Shown here: one piece after another, positions 57,814 to 64,000 of the stretch | Layout of the letters: every line of letters starts with the position of its first letter | Numbering within the stretch: position 1 is the first letter of the stretch | IMG/VR virus record: IMGVR_UViG_3300032236_000548 | Coordinates: 40,656 to 104,655 of that record | Strand: one strand, 5' to 3' | From: a virus | DNA length: 64,000 nt | Program-made: the position numbers and the translations under genes | The notes under the pieces: model-generated | Database searches by the model: none | Told to the model about the DNA's origin: nothing | Seen by the model: the letters and a program-made list of their open reading frames with translations, nothing else

Positions 57814-57832
57814 TCACAAAAACCTATATAAT
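57805..57832 (+). promoter_or_regulatory. sigma70-type promoter
   Basis: TTGACA, 16 bp, TATAAT. Confidence 0.72.
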
Positions 57833-57852
57833 AAGAAAACATGGAGAATCAT

Positions 57853-58584
57853 ATGAAAGACTTTTTACAAGATTTAGTATCACATACACACAGCCTGGGC
57901 TTTTTGCCTTTGGTAAAGATTTCGGCAAGCGAAAAAGAAACCGCTATCGAATCAATGGCTGAAGACCGTAGTGTTATTCTAAATGCAAAAACACACAATC
58001 CAGTAGATGCATTGGAAGGAACATTTGGTATGCCTAACTTAAACAAGCTAGACATCCATTTGAAGTGTCCAGAATACAAAGAGAACGCAACTATTAATGT
58101 TGTTAAGCAACAGCGCAATGGTGAAGATGTTCTTACTGGCTTACACTTTGCTAATAACACAGGCGACTTTGAAAACGACTATCGTTTTATGAGTTTGGAA
58201 GTTATTAACGACAAACTTAAGACTGTAAAATTCAAAGGTGCTAAGTGGGATATTGAATTTAGCCCAAGTGTTGCTAGTATTCAAAAATTAAAATTCCAGG
58301 CGGCTGCTCATAGCGAAGAACAAACATTCCAAGTTAGTACAGAAGACAATAACTTGGTATTCAGCTTCGGTGATGCTAGTACACATGCAGGTAGTTTTGT
58401 ATTCCATAGCGGAGTAAATGGCAAATTGCGTCAAACTTGGAGTTGGCCAGTTGCACAAGTTCAATCTATTTTGAACTTGCCCGGTGATGTTACAATGCGT
58501 ATTGCAGATGTAGGTGCATTAAACATTACTGTAGATAGCGGCATTGCAGTTTACGACTACATTTTGCCAGCACAATCTAAATAA
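57853..58584 (+). CDS. probable sliding clamp (gp45/PCNA-like)
   Basis: About 243 aa, two-domain alpha/beta pattern ending ...G.L.I.....A.Y.YILPA; near PolB, with a clamp loader in the window. Fold inferred, not proven. Confidence 0.55.
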   Translation: MKDFLQDLVSHTHSLGFLPLVKISASEKETAIESMAEDRSVILNAKTHNPVDALEGTFGMPNLNKLDIHLKCPEYKENATINVVKQQRNGEDVLTGLHFANNTGDFENDYRFMSLEVINDKLKTVKFKGAKWDIEFSPSVASIQKLKFQAAAHSEEQTFQVSTEDNNLVFSFGDASTHAGSFVFHSGVNGKLRQTWSWPVAQVQSILNLPGDVTMRIADVGALNITVDSGIAVYDYILPAQSK

Positions 58585-58937
58585 TGAACATTGAACAGAT
58601 AGCTTACGCCACCATAGCATGGATGGTGCTCACATTTATAACATATACTCATTGTAGATGGAGTAACATAAAATCATGCTATGGCATGTGGTTTACAAAG
58701 GAGTACTGGACCAGTTATAATATTGTAGATGCGTTAAGCTGGTTAGCAAAAGCAATGATTATTATTCCAGGGTTAATCTTTGGAGTACAAATATGGCAAC
58801 TATATTGGATTGCGTTAATCACATCTGTTGCACTTATATGGGCAAGCTATAAAAGATTTAGTCCAACCGTAGTTGGCTTTAATACAATATGGTGTTGGAT
58901 TAGTTGCATGGTGCTAGCACAACATTTGGTAAAATAA
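58584..58937 (+). CDS. hypothetical multi-pass membrane protein
   Basis: About 4 hydrophobic, Trp-rich helices; translationally coupled on both sides. Confidence 0.65.
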   Translation: MNIEQIAYATIAWMVLTFITYTHCRWSNIKSCYGMWFTKEYWTSYNIVDALSWLAKAMIIIPGLIFGVQIWQLYWIALITSVALIWASYKRFSPTVVGFNTIWCWISCMVLAQHLVK

Positions 58938-60643
58938 TGAATAAGAATTTAACAGCAACTCAAAACGATTATGCGTATTTCCTTCCAGCAACGTCTGGTT
59001 TCTTTAGTACATATATAGGAAAACAACGCTATAGCAACTACGTAGATCCTGCTCGCATTCCTGCGAGCTTTGGACATATGGGCATAGAAGCTATGAACTA
59101 CTTGAATCCTAATGCGGCATTTTACTTTGACCACTGTTTGTATTCAGCAGGTCATGCTAACTTAGATTTAACTAAACCTGATCCTAGTGAAGATATGTTT
59201 CGTAACAGAGACCGTTCAACTAGTTGGGTTTTAGGTGATTCAGGTGGATTCCAGATTGGTAAAGGTGTGTGGGCAGGTGAATGGAGAGATCCAACCGGGC
59301 CAGAAGTCGCGGCTAAATGGAAAGAAGTACGTGCTAAAGGTGTTGAACTTGTTCCACAATTAGATGCTACAGGCAATCCTAAGCTAGATAAGAATGGTAA
59401 TCCTAAAATGACTAAGATTGACCATGTTAAAAACTATCAAGCACAATTAGATGCGGCACAAAAGAAACGTGAGCAAGTGCTTGCGTGGATGGACGCACTA
59501 ATGGACTATGGCATGGTGTTAGATATTCCAGCTTGGGTCGAACGTAGTCCTGCCGGACGTGCGGCAACAGGTATCGAATCGTATCAACAAGCTGTCAATG
59601 CTACAAAATACAATAACGAATACTTTATTAAACATCGCACAGGTGCTTGTAAGTTCTTAAATGTGTTACAAGGCGAGAATCACGCACAAGCAGAAGATTG
59701 GTATCAGCAAATGAAAGACTTCTGCGACCCAACAAAGTATGATAATCCATTTAACGGTTGGGCAATGGGTGGACAAAATATGTGTGACGTGGATCTAGTA
59801 TTACGTAGATTAGTCGCATTAAAGTTTGACGGATTGCTAGAACAAGGTCATCAAGACTGGATGCACTTCTTGGGCACTAGTAAATTAGAATGGGCATTGT
59901 TGCTAACAGACTTACAACGTGCTATTCGCAAGTATCATAATCCAAACTTTACAATCAGTTTTGACTGTGCTAGTCCATTCCTAGCAACTGCTAATGGACA
60001 AATTTACGTTCAAACAGAAATTAAAGACAGAGAAAAATGGTTGTACAGAATGTTACCTAGTTTAGATAACAAGAAGTATAGTCAAGATACACGTCTATTC
60101 AAAGATGTTGTAGTACAAGATAAACACTTTACTAACTTTGAATCAAGTCCAATTATGGATGGTGTAGAAGTTAATAAAATTTGTATCTATGGACCTAACG
60201 ACCTAAATAAGATTGGTAAAGTTGGCAAGACTAGTTGGGATAGTTTTACGTATGCTATTATGATGGGTCATAATGTTTGGTTGCATTTGAATAGTGTACA
60301 AGAAGCCAATCGTCAATATGATGCCGGCCTATGCCCAGCTATGTTGGTAGATGAAAAGTTTGAACGTGTGTACTTCAAAGATGTAGTAGATGCTATCTTT
60401 AGTGCTCCAGACCGTGCAACTGCTAATGCCATTATCGATCATTATGACAAATTTTGGCAAGCTATTCCTGGAACACGTGGTGCTACAGGTAAGAAAACAG
60501 TTAATGCTAGTACAATGTTCTCCACATTGTTTGACGAAGAAGGTGCAGATACTGTACAATCAGAAGACGAACAAGAATTTGGCGAAGATGTTTCCGATAA
60601 ATTAGACGAACTAGAAGCAAGCGTACATGACATTACCCGATGA
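58937..60643 (+). CDS. tRNA-guanine transglycosylase (TGT)/DpdA-like protein
   Basis: LGDSGGFQ, MVLDIP, NVLQG, GWAMGG, HFLG, SFDCASP, HN: the TGT-barrel catalytic motifs in order; start at 58937. Confidence 0.8.
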   Translation: MNKNLTATQNDYAYFLPATSGFFSTYIGKQRYSNYVDPARIPASFGHMGIEAMNYLNPNAAFYFDHCLYSAGHANLDLTKPDPSEDMFRNRDRSTSWVLGDSGGFQIGKGVWAGEWRDPTGPEVAAKWKEVRAKGVELVPQLDATGNPKLDKNGNPKMTKIDHVKNYQAQLDAAQKKREQVLAWMDALMDYGMVLDIPAWVERSPAGRAATGIESYQQAVNATKYNNEYFIKHRTGACKFLNVLQGENHAQAEDWYQQMKDFCDPTKYDNPFNGWAMGGQNMCDVDLVLRRLVALKFDGLLEQGHQDWMHFLGTSKLEWALLLTDLQRAIRKYHNPNFTISFDCASPFLATANGQIYVQTEIKDREKWLYRMLPSLDNKKYSQDTRLFKDVVVQDKHFTNFESSPIMDGVEVNKICIYGPNDLNKIGKVGKTSWDSFTYAIMMGHNVWLHLNSVQEANRQYDAGLCPAMLVDEKFERVYFKDVVDAIFSAPDRATANAIIDHYDKFWQAIPGTRGATGKKTVNASTMFSTLFDEEGADTVQSEDEQEFGEDVSDKLDELEASVHDITR

Positions 60644-60887
60644 AAGATACCGTGCTGTAATGGCGGCAAAAGAATTGCTAGTGGATTTAACTGATCCAAA
60701 AGCAACTCCTAGGATTCCACAAATGATTCGGCTACGTGCTGGACATTGTTTGCGACACTTTCCTAGCGAGTGGGATATGGATCTTGCTAGTCGTGTTGCG
60801 CCTGAAGTGTTTGCTAAACGCATGGAAGATGTAACTCGTATGTTTATGAAATACGAACAATCAAAGGCAGAAAAAGATGAAAACTAG
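60627..60887 (+). CDS. hypothetical protein
   Basis: MTLPDERYRA...TPRIP...R..A..CLRHFP motif; overlaps both neighbours. Confidence 0.7.
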   Translation: MTLPDERYRAVMAAKELLVDLTDPKATPRIPQMIRLRAGHCLRHFPSEWDMDLASRVAPEVFAKRMEDVTRMFMKYEQSKAEKDEN

Positions 60888-61764
60888 TCTTATTGTAGGA
60901 ATGGGTATTGGCAATTTATATGCTACTGTACTAGATAATCTTGGACATGGTATTATTACAGTCGATGCTGATCCTAGCAAAGGTGCAGATTTTACAAGTG
61001 TAGATGATGCTATTAAAGAAATTCGATTATTTGATACAGCGCATATATGTACACCAAATTTTACACACGAAGAAATTGCACGTAAACTCGCACCTGTAAC
61101 TAAAATTGTATTCATCGAAAAGCCAGGTGTTATAAATTCCACAGCCTGGCAACAACTAGTAGAAGATTTCAAATACACACGCTTTATGATGGTTAAGAAC
61201 AATCAATGGCGTAGTAACTTTGCAGATGTTAAAAGTATGTCAGATCGTGCAAAGACTGTTAACTTGCGATGGGTTAATAAAGATCGCGTTCCTAATCCAG
61301 GTAGCTGGTTTACTACAAAAGCATTATCATATGGCGGTGTTAGTAGAGATTTAATGCCACATTTATTGAGCTGGATGACTAAACTAGATACCAATTATAA
61401 ACATACAGAATGTGTTTTAAAAACACACCATCAACGTTGGAAGTTAGAAGATTTACTCACTACTGATTACGGTACTGTAAATCCTAATGGTACATACGAT
61501 GTTGATGATTTTTATTACCTCGAATATAAAAACAATGATAAACGTTGGTTGTTAACTGCCGACTGGCGTGGATTAGGAGATGAAAGAATACACATTCAAT
61601 TTATCTACCCAGATGACACATATGATATAGTCGAGCTTGGACTATGCCCCGAAGATGCTTATCAAAGTATGATTCAAGATGCTGTTGATCATGTTAACGA
61701 TCCTGCATTCTGGCTTAACCAATTAGAACAAGATTTGTGGATACACGAAAATATAACACTATGA
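60877..61764 (+). CDS. Gfo/Idh/MocA family oxidoreductase
   Basis: IVGMGIG, ICTPNFTH, FIEKP, GG...DL.PH. Confidence 0.85.
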   Translation: MKTSLIVGMGIGNLYATVLDNLGHGIITVDADPSKGADFTSVDDAIKEIRLFDTAHICTPNFTHEEIARKLAPVTKIVFIEKPGVINSTAWQQLVEDFKYTRFMMVKNNQWRSNFADVKSMSDRAKTVNLRWVNKDRVPNPGSWFTTKALSYGGVSRDLMPHLLSWMTKLDTNYKHTECVLKTHHQRWKLEDLLTTDYGTVNPNGTYDVDDFYYLEYKNNDKRWLLTADWRGLGDERIHIQFIYPDDTYDIVELGLCPEDAYQSMIQDAVDHVNDPAFWLNQLEQDLWIHENITL

Positions 61765-62666
61765 AAGTAAAATGTTTACAGACAACAGGTCAAGGCTACT
61801 TTGAAGAAGTTGAATACGACAAACCTGATCCTGCTCCGCATCAAATAGAAGTGCGGGCAATTATGACCGGTGTTTGTCGCAGTGATGTTGATATGATGAT
61901 GGGCGAGTTTGGTCCGTTACCTTTGCACATGCAAGGCCACGAAGGCATTGGGCAAGTAACTCGTTTGGGGTCAGATGTAGTAACAACTAAAATCGGTGCG
62001 TATGTAGCAACACGCGGTGAACCAGCGTATGCAGATTATTACAATGTTCAAATGGATGAATATGTAGAAATTCCCGAAGCTGATCCTAAGTATATTTTAG
62101 AGCCAGTTGCTTGCGGTATTAACTTAATTAATCAAGCCAAAGATCAAATTGAACATAGACAAGGCAGAAATGAAAACACTAGAATGCTAATTATTGGCAG
62201 TGGGTTTCTTGCGTGGGTCGCTTACCATACTATGCGCCTAAATGGTTTTATCTATCATGTAGATGTACTAGGTCATAGCAATAAAGAGCTTTGGGGAGAT
62301 AAGCTAATTTCAAGTACTATTGAAAATTATGATGTGGTGGTAGATCTTAGTGGAAACTATGAGTTGGGTTTACAGATTAACCTAAATAATAACGCATTGA
62401 TTATCGATGGTGTTGGCAAAGCAGTTAGTAAACAAGAGGCCCAAGCTCAATTATGGAAAGCTGTTACCACTATCAAACCTAGTCCACGCAATCCAAAATT
62501 TATCGATTGTATGCACATGGCCAAATATTGGATTAAAAACGGTTATCTAGAGGTTGATTCGTTCTGGACAAAGTGTTACAATCGTAGTACAGAATGGGAA
62601 CAAGCGTTTGCGGACGGCGTTAATCGTCCGAAGGGTTATAGCAGAGGTTATATTAAATGGGGTTGA
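61761..62666 (+). CDS. Zn-dependent medium-chain dehydrogenase (sugar/threonine DH-like)
   Basis: GVCRSD, GHEGIG.V, LEPVACG, IIGSGFLA; start at 61761. Confidence 0.85.
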   Translation: MKVKCLQTTGQGYFEEVEYDKPDPAPHQIEVRAIMTGVCRSDVDMMMGEFGPLPLHMQGHEGIGQVTRLGSDVVTTKIGAYVATRGEPAYADYYNVQMDEYVEIPEADPKYILEPVACGINLINQAKDQIEHRQGRNENTRMLIIGSGFLAWVAYHTMRLNGFIYHVDVLGHSNKELWGDKLISSTIENYDVVVDLSGNYELGLQINLNNNALIIDGVGKAVSKQEAQAQLWKAVTTIKPSPRNPKFIDCMHMAKYWIKNGYLEVDSFWTKCYNRSTEWEQAFADGVNRPKGYSRGYIKWG

Positions 62667-63172
62667 ACACTGACGAAAGACAGAACATTGTCTACTTTAC
62701 AGGGTACGAAGTTGAACATACTATTTGTCACGGTATGAAAACATTGTTTGTTGTAGGCACTCCCGATTTAGAAGACATTATATACAAAGCCAGACAAACC
62801 GAATGTAAGCATATTTACTTTGGTACAAGTCAGAGTTTTAATCCTAAATCAATATCGCAAGAAGAATATAAACCGTGGGATGATGTTATCCTAGGTTGTT
62901 TAAAGAATGACTACTGGGTGACTTTAGACTTTGGTGTAGAGCACACAGAAGGTGTCATCGAATCTGGTTATTCAGAATACCAGAAATTCGTTCCGATGAT
63001 TAGTGTAAAATTACCATACATTAATCAATTTAATTACAACGCCACACTTAAACTAGATGATCGCACTTGGGGTGCTACTAATCCAGGTGTGTGGACCCAT
63101 CAACTACATGATCTAATGAGTAAAGACAAATATACTTACTGGGATCAATATACACAAGATACACCAACATGA
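62657..63172 (+). CDS. hypothetical protein in the DNA-modification cluster
   Basis: Overlaps both neighbours; G.EVE.T...G..TLFV, HIYFG..SF. Confidence 0.7.
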   Translation: MGLNTDERQNIVYFTGYEVEHTICHGMKTLFVVGTPDLEDIIYKARQTECKHIYFGTSQSFNPKSISQEEYKPWDDVILGCLKNDYWVTLDFGVEHTEGVIESGYSEYQKFVPMISVKLPYINQFNYNATLKLDDRTWGATNPGVWTHQLHDLMSKDKYTYWDQYTQDTPT

Positions 63173-63564
63173 TTATTAAACAAGACATTCGCCCTAACAA
63201 GATGATTTGGGTTACCTTTCAGAAAGAAGGTATTCACTGCTATCCAGCGGCCGCAACAGATCCTAACCTAGCAACCGGAGATTATTATGACGTATCGTTT
63301 CTTGGCACTCCTCATCGCCATATCTTTCACTTTAGGGTTTGGCTTGGCGTTACCCACAATGACCGAGATGTGGAGTTCATTCAATTCAAGCGGTGGCTTG
63401 AAAGGTTGTATTCTAGCGAACAAGGTGTACTGTCGCTAGATTATAAAAGTTGCGAGATGATGAGCGATGATTTATATGCTCAAATCTCAGCAAAGTATCC
63501 AGACCGCGAGGTTTGGATTGAGGTCTCCGAAGACGGAGAAAATGGTTCATTTATCAAATATTAA
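63169..63564 (+). CDS. second QueD/PTPS-like T-fold protein
   Basis: GIH.Y, HRHIFHFRV, DVEF...K, SCEM....LY, IEVSEDGENG: H-x-H, S-x-E and terminal V-x-E pattern of 6-PTPS/QueD. Confidence 0.6.
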   Translation: MIIKQDIRPNKMIWVTFQKEGIHCYPAAATDPNLATGDYYDVSFLGTPHRHIFHFRVWLGVTHNDRDVEFIQFKRWLERLYSSEQGVLSLDYKSCEMMSDDLYAQISAKYPDREVWIEVSEDGENGSFIKY

Positions 63565-63577
63565 AACAAGAGGCTAT

Positions 63578-63838
63578 ATGGCTAAAAATTACAAAGATTA
63601 TTCTTATTTCGAAAACCGTCCGGATGTCGTTAAGATTTTTGACGACTTAGAAGCGTTCCATGATTGGTGTCGTTTAGAGATGGCTCCGTTTGACGAAAGT
63701 CATTTGTACAATCGTGAAAGCTGGGCATGGCGCAATTTCGAAAAGAGTCGTCGTCCTAAGAAACCATTCAACGGCGAACGTAAACCTTACTTAGGTAAGA
63801 ACCCACGCTATAATAACAATGACCGTATTTCTAATTGA
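63578..63838 (+). CDS. hypothetical protein
   Basis: GAGG RBS before the ATG at 63578; VVKIFDDLE..HDWCR motif. Confidence 0.65.
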   Translation: MAKNYKDYSYFENRPDVVKIFDDLEAFHDWCRLEMAPFDESHLYNRESWAWRNFEKSRRPKKPFNGERKPYLGKNPRYNNNDRISN

Positions 63839-64000
63839 TCTAGAAGCTGTCGAGACAAGGTACACGGGCCAGTGGAAGGCTCATGTACCTCACCTCTTAC
63901 GAAAGGCAGGACACGATGTTCAAGTTATATGTGGGCCTACGGATATTCCTACAGCCACTACTCCTGGTGCTTTTCTTAATTTTGGTGGCACCAATATATA
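63819..64000 (+). CDS. 3'-truncated probable glycosyltransferase (GT-B N-terminus)
   Basis: Not in the ORF track. ATG at 63819 reads MTVFLIDLEAVETRYTGQWKAHVPHLLRKAGHDVQVICGP...GAFLNFGGTNI, open to the window end; the L.K.GHDV.V pattern is typical of GT-B N-domains. Confidence 0.5.
   Translation, partial: MTVFLIDLEAVETRYTGQWKAHVPHLLRKAGHDVQVICGPTDIPTATTPGAFLNFGGTNI

Noticed and set aside
1464-63838. Longest-ORF starts given in the track (1464, 3713, 34574, 36890, 43604, 45924, 47400, 56986, 58904, 61737, 63467)
   Set aside because: Downstream starts fit RBS position, stop-start coupling and family N-termini better; the corrected starts are used in the feature list.
1-64000. Bacterial chromosome or eukaryotic giant virus origin (clpA, dnaJ, def, sod, RFC-like, PolB)
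   Set aside because: Tail-fibre block, spanin/holin/endolysin cassette, Shine-Dalgarno sites, T4-like late motif and gene density all indicate a large tailed phage.
1-64000. CRISPR array, tRNA or rRNA genes
   Set aside because: Intergenic gaps are all under ~170 bp, and none shows repeat-spacer periodicity or a cloverleaf with a TTCGA T-loop. Checked by eye only.
1-64000. Stop-codon reassignment as seen in some jumbo phages
   Set aside because: Conserved genes are full length in the standard code, and TAA, TAG and TGA all terminate genes.

Overview
A 64 kb segment of a large, T4-superfamily-like (probably jumbo) dsDNA bacteriophage. It is AT-rich, very gene-dense, almost entirely + strand, and reads cleanly in the standard genetic code. 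Two-component spanins and a ClpA/ErpA-type gene set point to a Gram-negative, probably proteobacterial, host (inference). Order of modules: (1) auxiliary genes: QueD-like, UV-damage endonuclease, Fe/Mn SOD, IscA/ErpA; (2) a ~29 kb tail/baseplate/adhesin block with a 4655-aa protein, LamG and Ig-like proteins and an intercalated pirin; (3) a mini-DnaE fragment, GroES, clamp loader and PhoH; (4) a lysis cassette: GH19 endolysin, i/o-spanins and a holin with an FG-repeat tail; (5) DnaJ-Def-ClpA; (6) a cluster of probable capsid-internal proteins, including a ligase-fold enzyme, a HIGH-motif nucleotidyltransferase and Dps; (7) DNA polymerase B and a probable sliding clamp, interleaved with a TGT/DpdA-like transglycosylase, a second QueD-like protein, three sugar-type dehydrogenases and a probable glycosyltransferase. 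Module 7 is the strongest candidate for an undescribed system: sugar-decorated 7-deazaguanine DNA hypermodification, possibly regulated by a riboswitch-like pseudoknot upstream of queD. Two promoter classes are visible: sigma70-like (often embedded in inverted repeats) and TAAATA late-type. I found no tRNA, rRNA, CRISPR array, integrase or transposase. All assignments come from motif recognition by eye; no searches were run.
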